Shown one piece after another: positions 51,346 to 63,460 of a stretch of DNA of 64,000 bases (positions are counted from its first letter, which is position 1; each line of letters opens with the position of its first letter). The translations under genes were made by a program, and so were the position numbers. This DNA comes from Acidimicrobiia bacterium (GTDB lineage: Bacteria > Actinomycetota > Acidimicrobiia > Spongiisociales > Spongiisociaceae). Under the pieces are notes generated by a model that did no database searches, was not told the DNA's origin, and saw nothing but the letters and a program-made list of their open reading frames with translations. Location of the stretch: NCBI GenBank assembly GCA_965200835.1, contig OZ241390.1:2256297-2320296 (forward strand). Reading direction: 5' to 3'.

Positions 51346-52466
51346 ACAGGCAGGCATGAAGAACACAGAAATCCGACACTACAACACGCCGATCATACTA
51401 TTCACCATAGTTTAGGCAAACCATCACCCAATGGCAGTTGACATTAGGCAGCCGGGCACCCTTGCCCTAGACGAAAACAGCGCCTACCGCGGTTACCACA
51501 AAGCAGACCGGGAAGACTGACACGCCGAACCTGCCATCGTCAAAGCGTCCGGCGACAGAAAGCAGACACCTGGCAATCCCTCTAGACAACACCATCACCC
51601 TGCTTAGGGAAAGAATGCTTCGCGGGTGGTAAGGGGTGGCCGAGCGGTGCACCACCGGCTATCCGATCACCCCGCAACCGATGGTCAGGACCAATGACGG
51701 CGGATCAGCCAGGCCGTCCGCCACTCGGGGTAGGTGGCGGAAGTGACGATGGTGGGTACCTTCGCTAGCCCGGAGGCAACAATCACCGCGCTGATCATAT
51801 AGCTGAAACGGGGAGCATCGCGCCGGGGACGGGTTGAGAATAAACGGGAGGCGGATTTCGGGTGCCGATCACTCACAGCTTCTGGTTCTGATGCCCGTCT
51901 CCGGAACTCGCCCCGCTGAGAACAGTGACTCGGCTCCGGCTATGGCAGACGGAACGGCGAAGATGATCAGATGGTCCGTGCCGTGACGGACGTCACACCC
52001 GAGGGAACGAACGCCCGATCACCTGGGACGATTCCCGCCATCACCGGCCCTGACGGAGGGGCAGATCCTTCAGAGTCGGTCTCACCGTCCTGGGAACCGG
52101 CTGGAACTTCGAGCTTGATCACTTCGGAGTTGGTATCGGAGAAGGTGGCTACCGAACGCAGGTTTGCCTCTCCTCACGAAGCGGAGGATCTGTGCCGCCG
52201 TCGCCAGGCTCGGTGAGACGGTTGTGCATGTTTGGCTGACCTCGTTGCGATCCGAGCGGTGACGCGGAGGCTATCCGGGGTAGTTCAGGGGGTTCCGAAC
52301 CTCCGGCAATGGGGTGCACACCCCGGAACGCCCCGCTGGTTGTCCCTTGGCAGACGCATTTCCGGCGGATACATTGGCCTTACGACCGGATCCGGCGCTG
52401 CGCGATGCCGGTGCGGGTCGTGGATGGCGAGCATTGGCTGCGCGGCGGGAGGCAGGAGGTGTCCTC

Positions 52467-52994
52467 ATGTGCGGTATCCGTCCGTCTCTGTCCGTCCTGG
52501 TGGTGGCTCTCGCCTTGGTGTCCGGTGCCCTTCCGGCCTCGGTGATGGCCGAGCCCACCAAGCTGGGCTCGTCGTGCGTCGGTCTCGATGCGCCGAGTGA
52601 TGGGGTGGTGGCCAACCATTTCGAGCCCGGACCGAACTATTCGGGCCACTGGGGGATCGACTACGTCGGTGACACCGACGGTTACGCCCGTGCGGCGGCC
52701 GGAGGACGGGTCACCTTCGCCGGAATGGTGGCTGACAACCTGGTGGTGACGGTCGATCATGGGGGAGGGCTCAGGACCAGTTACTCGTACCTGGCGGAAG
52801 CCATGGCAGAGGTGGGTACGACCGTGGCCCGAGGGACGGTGATCGGTCGGATCGGTTCGGGGCGCCACCACGATGGTCTCCACTTCTCCACGCGCATCGA
52901 TGGTGTCTACCTCGATCCGCTGACCATCCTGGGATGCCGGCTCGGCCCCCCTTCTGCAGGTCTCCGCCTGGTGCCCGCGCCCGCCGACCGTTAG
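52467..52994 (+). CDS. secreted M23-family peptidase
   Basis: Signal peptide 'MCGIRPSLSVLVVALALVSGALPASVMA'. 'HWGIDY..VDHGGGLRTSYSYL..HLHF' M23 motifs. The ATG at 52467 was chosen; the longer ORF begins at 52314. Confidence 0.75.
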   Translation: MCGIRPSLSVLVVALALVSGALPASVMAEPTKLGSSCVGLDAPSDGVVANHFEPGPNYSGHWGIDYVGDTDGYARAAAGGRVTFAGMVADNLVVTVDHGGGLRTSYSYLAEAMAEVGTTVARGTVIGRIGSGRHHDGLHFSTRIDGVYLDPLTILGCRLGPPSAGLRLVPAPADR

Positions 52995-53052
52995 GTTCCC
53001 CTGTGCTGTGGGATGTCGGGGGTCCGTCCGGATGCTCCGGTAACCTCGGATA

Positions 53053-53700
53053 GTGCGAATTGGCATCATGGGCGGCACGTTCGATCCACCTCACCTCGCG
53101 CACATGGCGGTGGCCGAAGCAGCCTTCCAGCAACTGGAGCTCGACGAGGTCAGATTCATTCCCGCCGGCACTCCCTGGCAGAAGAGTGGGTTGGACATAA
53201 CGCCCGCCCGGCATCGGTGGGAGATGGCGGTGGCCACCACCTGTGGCATCCCATACCTGCGGCCCGATGATCGGGAGGTCCTCCGTCCGGGACCTACCTA
53301 TACGGTCGACACCCTGGCCGAGCTGGAGGATCATTCACTCACGCTGATCCTGGGGTCCGATTCGGCTGCTCACCTTCCTTCCTGGTTCCGGGCCCGGGAG
53401 GTGCAGGAGCGGGCCCGCATTGCGGTGGCGCCCCGGCCGGGGACCCCGCGGCAGGCGGTCGAACAGGGGTTGGGGGGGAAAGCGCAGTGGATCGACGTAC
53501 CGCTCCTCGATCTTTCAGGGACCCAGCTGAGGCACCGGGCCTCCGCCGGGCTCAGCCTGCGATTCCTGGTCCGGGAGCCGGTCCGCCGCTACATCCTCGC
53601 CCACCATCTATATGAGCAGCCGATCAGCCATCGGAGCCGGCCGCCTTCCCAGCGCACGGCTCACTATGCTGGGCGCCCAGTGCCCGACCCGAAAGAGTGA
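53053..53700 (+). CDS. nadD: nicotinate-nucleotide adenylyltransferase
   Basis: 'RIGIMGGTFDPPHLAH' HxGH nucleotidyltransferase motif. Confidence 0.9.
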   Translation: MRIGIMGGTFDPPHLAHMAVAEAAFQQLELDEVRFIPAGTPWQKSGLDITPARHRWEMAVATTCGIPYLRPDDREVLRPGPTYTVDTLAELEDHSLTLILGSDSAAHLPSWFRAREVQERARIAVAPRPGTPRQAVEQGLGGKAQWIDVPLLDLSGTQLRHRASAGLSLRFLVREPVRRYILAHHLYEQPISHRSRPPSQRTAHYAGRPVPDPKE

Positions 53701-54113
53701 GCATCCAAGAACGCCGAGCAAGCGCCTCAGCCATCCGGATCCCTACCGAGGACTTGGCTGTGTTTGCCGCCGACGCCGTCGATGCCAAGCGCGGGACCGA
53801 GGTAGTCATCCTGGAGGTCGGGGAGCTCCTCGGGATCGCCGACCTGTTCGTTATCGCCACCGGCAACACCAAGAGGCAGGTACGGACGCTGGCGGAGGCG
53901 GTCAAGGAGGCTATCAAGAGCCACGGGAGGTCCCCGCTGCGAGTGGAGGGTATGGATGTGGCCGAGTGGGTACTGGTGGATTACGGTGACCTGGTTGTTC
54001 ACATCTTCCAACCCAAGGTGCGCGACCTCTACTCGTTGGAGCGGCTATGGGGAGACGCTCCCCGAGTGCCGTGGACGGGTGGTGCCGGCGCTCATCCTTC
54101 CGGAGGGTCCTGA
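53697..54113 (+). CDS. rsfS: ribosomal silencing factor RsfS (Iojap)
   Basis: 'ILEVGELLGIADLFVIATGNTKRQVR..DYGDLVVHIF'. GTGA overlap with nadD. Confidence 0.85.
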   Translation: MSIQERRASASAIRIPTEDLAVFAADAVDAKRGTEVVILEVGELLGIADLFVIATGNTKRQVRTLAEAVKEAIKSHGRSPLRVEGMDVAEWVLVDYGDLVVHIFQPKVRDLYSLERLWGDAPRVPWTGGAGAHPSGGS

Positions 54114-54206
54114 GTTTACCCGGCCTGGTGCGACAACCAAGTCCTGCGAGGTTGGTAGGCTACATAGTCGGTACCGGTCCGGTTACAGGAATCAGTACCA
54201 GTCCAC

Positions 54207-54279
54207 GGGGCTGTAGCTCAGCTGGCAGAGCGCTTGCATGGCATGCAAGAGGTCACGGGTTCAAATCCCGTCAGCTCCA
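54207..54279 (+). tRNA. tRNA-Ala (anticodon GGC) with the G3:U70 identity pair
   Basis: Acceptor GGGGCTG/CAGCTCC gives G3-U70. Anticodon stem CTTGC/GCAAG with loop ATGGCAT. Confidence 0.85.
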
Positions 54280-54415
54280 CCGAGCCTATATGTTGGGCCC
54301 CGTCCGGACTTCATCCCAGCGTGGTTCGAGGTCCTGGGTGGGACACCGGGGGCTGGTCACCGCGAGGTTGTCCTTCGTTCTAACAGGTATCCAGCGTGCG
54401 AATAGGATCACGGCT

Positions 54416-57151
<2,736 letters not shown>

Positions 57152-57346
57152 ACCGCCCGGACCGCCAACCCGGGGTATGACCCTCCCTCCTTTCTGACCC
57201 AACACACCCCTTCACCATCGGATCGCCCGGTGGTACAAGGGCGGAAGGTCCACCGAGGGGCAAGGGGGTGCCTGATCCACCACACCGATCAGGTCCGGGA
57301 AGAACCGGCGACAACTGGAGCCAACCTAGATCCTCGGCGGGTGATC

Positions 57347-57904
57347 ATGGGAGTGGGTGGAGGCTTGGTGCTGGTTGTCGCCTTGGCCTTCTGGTACCGG
57401 CCGCAAGCCCCTCCGCCTAGCATCCCCCCTGCCCCGGCGACGATGGTCAGTCCGGTGGCGGCTACTTCTGCGGTGGCGCTGATCACGGTTCATGTCTCCG
57501 GAGCGGTGTCCAGGCCCGGACTGGTCTCCCTGGTGGAAGGCAGCCGGGTGGCCGACGCCCTGGCAAAGGCGGGAGGCGCCTTGGCGGGGGGTGCCCTGAG
57601 CGGGATCAACCTGGCCGCCCCGGTGGCCGACGGGATGCAGATCGTCGTGCCGTGGGTCTCCGATGGATCGACCGGTAGCCCGCGTGCTTCGGGTGAGTCA
57701 TCGGACCTCCCGGTAGACCTCAATCGGGCCGGGATCGAACGGTTGACCTCGCTGCCGGGGGTGGGTGAGGTTCTGGCTAGCCGGATCGTGGCCCATCGAG
57801 AGACTCACGGACCGTTCAGCTCCATGAAGGATCTGCTGGACGTGCCCGGGATCGGGGAGGGCAAGCTGGCCGGGCTGCGGGACTACGCGGCGGTCGGGCG
57901 ATAG
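57347..57904 (+). CDS. comEA: competence protein ComEA (SLBB plus helix-hairpin-helix DNA-binding domains)
   Basis: N-terminal TM helix, then 'VDLNRAGIERLTSLPGVGEVLASRIVAHRETHGPFSSMKDLLDVPGIGEGKL'. Confidence 0.8.
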   Translation: MGVGGGLVLVVALAFWYRPQAPPPSIPPAPATMVSPVAATSAVALITVHVSGAVSRPGLVSLVEGSRVADALAKAGGALAGGALSGINLAAPVADGMQIVVPWVSDGSTGSPRASGESSDLPVDLNRAGIERLTSLPGVGEVLASRIVAHRETHGPFSSMKDLLDVPGIGEGKLAGLRDYAAVGR

Positions 57905-57978
57905 GGCGCTTCCCCGACCGGCGGGCTCGTCTCTATCTGGCGGGCGCCGCGGCTGTCTGGCTCGGAGTCTTATGCGGG

Positions 57979-60057
57979 ATGCGGGCGCCCTGGTCGGCGG
58001 TCCTAGTTGCGGGTGCCCTGGGGATCGCGCTGGCAGCCAAGCAATGGACCTCTGTGCTGGTGGTAGGGCTGGCGGGCGTGGGCATGGTGAGTGGCCTGCT
58101 GGTCGACGCTCGGCACCAGCAGATTCAAGAGATGGACCTGCCCGCCGGGACGGTGACCGTGCTCGTTGAGGCAGTGTCCGACGGGCAGGGCGATCCAGGC
58201 AACGGATGGGTGAAGGTTCGGATCCGAGGGTTCGAGACCGACGGAGGCGCGCCTACCTGGGATGGTCCGGTGGGCTGGCTGCGTGGGGACGTATCGCACT
58301 GGAGGCGCACCTCGAGGTGGTGGGTTCGGACGGTCATGGCGCCGCTCCCGGAGGCGGCTGAGAGCCGGGTTGGCCATATTCGCCCCACCTGGGGTGGACG
58401 GGCCTCCCGCGCCCGCCCGGCCGGTACGGCCGGAGGATGGTTCGGAGCTCAGGTCGCCGGGATACGGGCCCGGTTGATCGAACGACTGGCTCCGGGTGAT
58501 GATCCCGGGCGGGCGCTACTGGCGGGATTCCTCCTGGGCGACACCTCCTATCTGGGCGAGCTCTAGGAGGAGTGGATGCGCCGGGCCGGGCTGTCCCACT
58601 TCGTAGCAGTCTCCGGCAGCAACGTGGCTCTGTTCCTGGGAGCGTTGTTCGTGCTGGCCGGACCCCTCGGCTGGAGCTCCCGGCGCCGGGCGATTCTGGG
58701 GATCGGGGGGCTGATCTTCTTCGTGGTCCTCATCGGCCCCGAGCCCTCCGTGGCCCGAGCTGCCACGATGGCCGGGTTGGTCCTGCTTGCTCGCCCCTTC
58801 GGGCTGCGTCCGGACATCTGGGTGGTACTGGCGGTCGGGGTCGGTGTCCTGTTGCTGGTCTCTCCGGAGCTAGCCGCCAGCCTAGGCTTCCAGCTCTCGG
58901 TGGCCGCCACGGCCGGCGTGGTGATCGGCACCGGCTGGTTCGAATCCTTGCGGCCCGAGTGGTTGCGGCTGTCGCTCGGGGCATCGTGCGGCGCCCAGGT
59001 GGCGGTTGCTCCCATCCTCCTCCTCTACTTCGGATCGGTTCCCCTCTGGTCGCCGGTAGCCAACCTGGTGGCCGCCCCGCTGGTGGTCGTGTCCACCGGC
59101 TTGAGTGCCGCCGGAACGGCGCTCGGAGCAGATTTGGTAGTGAGCGCCGGGGCGCTGGCAGCCCGCGGGGTGTTGGGCATCGCCCGCCTCGCGTCATCGC
59201 TACCCGACCTTCACTGGCCGACGTTCGGGCTGCTGGCCGCGCTGGTGATCGGTGCCCTCCGCTGGAGACGGCTCCGACCGGCCCTGGTCCTGGCCTCCGC
59301 CCTGGTGGTTGTGATGCTCACTGTTCCGGTTGCTCTGAGCATCTCGGGCGCGCAGTCGCCCCGGCCGGCCTTCGTGGCGCTAGATGTCGGCCAAGGCGAT
59401 GCTCTCCTGCTGCTCGGAGAGGCGGGAGAGGTGGTCCTGGTGGATGGTGGTAGTAGCAGCTCGAAGGTCATGGATGGGCTGTTCCGGCATGGGGTCCGCG
59501 CCATCGACCTGCTGGTGGTGTCCCATGCTCACCACGATCACTACGGGGGTCTGCCGGGCGTGGTCGGATCCGTGCCGGTTGGTGCCCTGTGGTACGCGCC
59601 GTTTCCTGGCCAGGGCGAGGCATTCGGTCGCTTCATCGACAGTGCCTCCGAGGCCACCCAGGTGCGAGTACCGCAGTCGGGGAAGTACCAGGTGGGTTCG
59701 ATCATGCTGGAAGTGCTGGGTCCCCGGCGCCGCTACGCCTCTGTGAACGATCAGTCCCTCATCATCGTGGCCAACCTGGCCGGTACCCGGATCCTGCTGT
59801 CGGGGGATATCGAGCGGGTCGCTCAGCGGGAGCTCGAACCGCCGGTGGTCGAGGTGCTCAAGGTTCCCCACCAGGGTGCCGCCACCTCCGATCCGGCCTG
59901 GCTGGTAGCCACCGGTGCGAACTCCGCGGTGGTGAGTGTGGGCCCCAACCCGTTCGGGCATCCCTCGTTGGAACTCCTGGATGAGCTGGAGCGAGCCGGG
60001 ATGCGGGTGAGGCGCACCGACCTCGAGGGTGACGTGGTCATCCGGGCTGGCTCGTAG
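57979..60057 (+). pseudogene. comEC: DNA internalisation channel ComEC, interrupted by a single in-frame TAG at 58564-58566
   Basis: The DUF4131-like N-terminal part (195 aa) ends '..GDTSYLGEL*'. The same frame then continues 'EEWMRRAGLSHFVAVSGSNVAL' (competence domain) and ends in an MBL domain 'VVSHAHHDHYGG'. This region is contiguous in intact ComEC. Confidence 0.75.
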
Positions 60058-60121
60058 CGGTCGCTTGGTCGACTCGAGCACTAGCATCGCCTCCCATGGA
60101 TCACCTGGTCGGACGCAGGGG

Positions 60122-60829
60122 ATGAAGGTTCTAGTCACAGGATCGGCCACCGGTCTGGGAAGGAGCCTGGCCCTGGCCCTGGGGATGGACGGCCACCATG
60201 TGATGGTTCACTACCGATCGAGCGAGGGGGCCGCGGAGTCGGTGGTCAACCGTATCCGTCGAACCGGCGGAAGGGCCCGAGCGGTGCGGGCGGATGTCAC
60301 CGTCCCGTCCGAGGTGGAGGCCATGGCTCGGTCCATCCGGTCCGAGGTGGGGGGACTCGACGTGCTGATCAACAACGTCGGGGACTTCATACTGAAGAAT
60401 CTGGACGACCTGTCGACGGACGAGTGGGATGCACAGATCGCCTCGACCGTGTCGGCCACCTACTACGTGTCGAAGGCAATGCTTCCCATGCTGCGAGAGA
60501 AGGGCGGGCGGATCATCAACATCTCCGATTCGGGCGCAGATCGGCTGTCTGCCCGACCGCGCAGCCTTCCCTACTATGTCGGCAAGACCGGAGTCCTGAT
60601 CGTCACCCGGACGATGGCGGTCACCGAGGCGCCCTACGGCATAACGGTCAACGCCATCCTGCCCGGTGCTCTCGAGAACTCCGAGCCGCTTCCGGCTCTG
60701 GCCCGCATTCCGGCCCGGCGGCACGGGCGGTTCGAGGACGTGTCCACCGCGGTCAGGTTCCTGCTGGACGAGCGCACCGACTACATAAGCGGTTCGTTCA
60801 TCCAGGTGGGGGGAGGCTGGAACCTCTGA
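60122..60829 (+). CDS. SDR-family oxidoreductase
   Basis: 'VLVTGSATGLGRS' Rossmann motif, and 'YYVSK' with the catalytic Tyr/Lys. Confidence 0.8.
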   Translation: MKVLVTGSATGLGRSLALALGMDGHHVMVHYRSSEGAAESVVNRIRRTGGRARAVRADVTVPSEVEAMARSIRSEVGGLDVLINNVGDFILKNLDDLSTDEWDAQIASTVSATYYVSKAMLPMLREKGGRIINISDSGADRLSARPRSLPYYVGKTGVLIVTRTMAVTEAPYGITVNAILPGALENSEPLPALARIPARRHGRFEDVSTAVRFLLDERTDYISGSFIQVGGGWNL

Positions 60830-61815
60830 AGCGACTCGTACACCTGGCGGGACCGGCGGAACCGGGCCCTGGGGAGCGCAAGCGCCTCAAGGATCGGGCG
60901 GCAGAGCTCTTCGAGTCGGCCGGGATCGAGCCGTCCGGGATCGTTCGTATCCATGTGCCGGGCCGGGGTCAGTCCGAGTCAGGTGAGGCGACCGTACGTC
61001 CCGAGGTCGAACCGGTCGTTCCTGCCCTCCAATCCGGTTCCCTGTTCGGTAGCCGCACCGGAGTGATGGTCATCGACGCCCAGCTCCTCAAGGCCTCGGA
61101 AGCGGCTGCCATCATCGACCTGCTGGAGGGCCCGGACAGCGGCAGCCACCTGGTGGTGTTCCTATCGGCCGGCAAGCTGCCCGCTCGGCTGAGTGCCCAC
61201 CTGAGAAAACACGGACGATCAGAGTCGTTTCGCAAGCTCCAGGAGCGGCAGGCGCTGCAATGGATCCGCCAGGAGGCGCGGAAGCGACGCCTGCGGTTGC
61301 GGGCAGATGCGGCCAAGGCACTGGTCGAGCGCTTCGGGACCGATGTCGAGGCCCTCGGCCATGCTCTCGATCAGCTAGCCCTGTCGAAGGGTCCGATCAC
61401 CGGGGAGCTGATCCGGGACCGGTTTCGCAATCGGCCCGACCAACCCATCTGGCGCCTGACCGATGCCTTCGCCCGTGGCTCGGTCGAGGATGCGCTGCGC
61501 ACCCTGCACGATCTACTCACCCGCAGCCATCCGCTATTGCTGCTCGGTGCTATCGAGAACGATCTTCGCCGCCGAGCACTCGCTTCCACCGCACCCGACA
61601 TCGAAACTTTCGCTCTATGGATCAGGTCGAAGCCCGACTACTATCCCACTCGTAGGGCGTGGCAGGCGGGCAGCCGGATGACCGATTCCACGCTGAGTAG
61701 GGCGATCGAAGCAGTGAGGAGGACCGACAGCACCCTGAAGACCCTGCCCGAGGAGACCCACCTGGTCACGATGGAGCGCTTGGCGGTGTCGCTCTGTTAC
61801 TGGTACCGAAATTAG
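60826..61815 (+). CDS. holA: DNA polymerase III delta subunit. The start codon is unclear; no ATG or GTG lies near the expected N-terminus.
   Basis: 'LVHLAGPAEP..SLFGSRTGVMV' delta N-terminal pattern. Conserved rpsT-holA-comEC-comEA synteny. Begins in the -1 frame, overlapping the SDR stop. Confidence 0.65.
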   Translation: MKRLVHLAGPAEPGPGERKRLKDRAAELFESAGIEPSGIVRIHVPGRGQSESGEATVRPEVEPVVPALQSGSLFGSRTGVMVIDAQLLKASEAAAIIDLLEGPDSGSHLVVFLSAGKLPARLSAHLRKHGRSESFRKLQERQALQWIRQEARKRRLRLRADAAKALVERFGTDVEALGHALDQLALSKGPITGELIRDRFRNRPDQPIWRLTDAFARGSVEDALRTLHDLLTRSHPLLLLGAIENDLRRRALASTAPDIETFALWIRSKPDYYPTRRAWQAGSRMTDSTLSRAIEAVRRTDSTLKTLPEETHLVTMERLAVSLCYWYRN

Positions 61816-61871
61816 GACGCGCTTCGCCCGGCCACGACCGATGCTGGCTGCTGCCTGGCTAGGCGGGGGGT

Positions 61872-62153
61872 CTAGGAGTCGGTAGGACCTCGACCGGCCG
61901 CTCTGACCTGGCGGACCAGGCTACGCTTGCGACGGGCGGCGGTGTTCTTCTTCAACACGCCTTTGGCAGCCGCCTGGTCGATGCGCTTCTGCGCGATGCG
62001 AAAGGCTTCGGCCGCCGCTGACGGATCGCCGTGCTCCGCAGCCTCCACCGCTTTCTTCATCCGGGTCTTCAGCTCGGAACGCAATGACTTGTTACGAGCA
62101 GTTCGGACGATCGTTTGCCGATTGCGTTTTTCCTGGGATTTGTTGTGTGCCAT
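61872..62153 (-). CDS. rpsT: 30S ribosomal protein S20
   Basis: 'MAHNKSQEKRNRQTIVRTARNKSLRSELKT'. The longer upstream-extended ORF (to 62210) was rejected. Confidence 0.9.
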   Translation of the reverse strand: MAHNKSQEKRNRQTIVRTARNKSLRSELKTRMKKAVEAAEHGDPSAAAEAFRIAQKRIDQAAAKGVLKKNTAARRKRSLVRQVRAAGRGPTDS

Positions 62154-62337
62154 CTCGTAGACTCGGAAACAGGGAATAGGGCCGGTGGTACCCGTCCGGT
62201 CCCTAGACACCGGTTCGGGGACTGAGCTAGTTTAGGCGGTCCACGGAGCTTCTTCCAATGTCTCGTCTGCCGTGACGGCGCCTCGGCAGTTACCTAGAGG
62301 CAGCGTTGGGGGTCCACGACCCATATATCATTGGCCC

Positions 62338-63345
62338 ATGCTGGACGATCGGAAGGCGAGGATCCTGCGGATCCTGGTCGAGGAGTATATCCGGACGGGT
62401 GAACCCGTTAGCTCTCGAGCGGTCCTCGAATGCTGCAATCTGGGCGTGTCGCCTGCCACGGTGCGGAGTGAGCTGGCCGCGCTCGAGGCGGAGGGGTACG
62501 CTGCCCAACCTCACACGTCAGCGGGCCGGACCCCCACCGCGCGCGCCTATCGTTACTACGTCGACCAGCTGATGAGGCCCAACAGCTTCCCGAACGCCTC
62601 GGCGCGTGTGGCCGAGTTCTTCACCTCGGTCCACAGCGAGCTGGGTCGGCTGCTCAAGGCCACCACCGGACTGCTCAGCGAGATCACCCACTATCCATCT
62701 GTGGTCACCGGACCCGGACTGTCGAGCGAGGTGGTGCGCGCCATCCATCTGGTACAGACCGGCGTCGATGGGATCGTCATGGTGGTGGTCACCCAAAGCG
62801 GTAGGGTGTCCCAGTCCCTGCTCTCCTTCCCCTTCCCTCTTGATGCGGCTGATGTAGAAGAGGCTGAACTCATGCTCAGGCAAGGCCAGATCGGACATGC
62901 CATGTCCCGCGGGCTGGAACCCGACAGGCCGAGGTCGGACGACGTGGTGGCTGGGGCTGAATCGATCGTATGGCGGGCCTCCGAAGTATTGAGGAAGGCA
63001 GGCAACGCGGAGCGCGAGCTGTACCTGGGACCGGCTAGCTACCTGGCCGGTGCATGGGGGGAGATATCGAAGGTGCGCGGCGTTCTCAAGGTACTCGAGC
63101 GTGAAGCCGCCCTTCTCGAAGTGCTGGCGCACTTACCGGAGGGCACGGAGGTACGGATCGGACGGGAGCTCGGTATCGAATCGCCGCGTGACATCTCCCT
63201 GGTGTCGACGACCTACGGCGGGGAGCATGGGGGGCCGCCCGGCCGGATCGGAGTGATCGGTCCGATGAGGATGGACTACGGGCGGACCATCTCGGTGGTG
63301 GAACAGGTGAGCGGTGGGTTGGACGAGAGCCTGGGGGGTGGCTGA
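62338..63345 (+). CDS. hrcA: heat-inducible transcription repressor HrcA
   Basis: 'MLDDRKARILRILVEEYIRTGEPVSSRAV' winged-helix N-terminus. Lies immediately upstream of dnaJ. Confidence 0.85.
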   Translation: MLDDRKARILRILVEEYIRTGEPVSSRAVLECCNLGVSPATVRSELAALEAEGYAAQPHTSAGRTPTARAYRYYVDQLMRPNSFPNASARVAEFFTSVHSELGRLLKATTGLLSEITHYPSVVTGPGLSSEVVRAIHLVQTGVDGIVMVVVTQSGRVSQSLLSFPFPLDAADVEEAELMLRQGQIGHAMSRGLEPDRPRSDDVVAGAESIVWRASEVLRKAGNAERELYLGPASYLAGAWGEISKVRGVLKVLEREAALLEVLAHLPEGTEVRIGRELGIESPRDISLVSTTYGGEHGGPPGRIGVIGPMRMDYGRTISVVEQVSGGLDESLGGG

Positions 63346-63460
63346 CCTTGTTTCGCTTCCCTGCCTGCCCATTCGCACCCGGCCTGCTGACGCGGCGGGA
63401 CTTCTGCCGCAGCGGCGGCCAGGTACGGCCCAGCACCGGGAAGGCTGGCTGAGCGACGGT

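Larger units (their letters stand above)
44769..52300. other. Low-GC (about 50% versus a host ~66%) horizontally acquired island of decayed cell-surface genes. It occupies the position where proA normally lies.
   Basis: Abrupt compositional shift immediately after the proB stop. Host-like composition resumes before the M23 peptidase gene. The ORFs inside are fragmented. Confidence 0.7.

Noticed and set aside
51971-52216. GC3-rich 81-codon ORF in the island's right flank, checked as a possible proA remnant
   Set aside because: No similarity to gamma-glutamyl phosphate reductase motifs. Ser/Pro/Thr-rich and low-complexity.
54047-54415. Long N-terminal extension of leuS given in the ORF track
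   Set aside because: It would run through the tRNA-Ala gene (54207-54279). The GTG at 54416 with an AGGA Shine-Dalgarno gives a canonical LeuS N-terminus.
62154-62337. Looked for a CIRCE inverted repeat (TTAGCACTC-N9-GAGTGCTAA) upstream of hrcA, and between hrcA and dnaJ
   Set aside because: No match was found. The CIRCE operator is probably in front of groES or dnaK outside this window.
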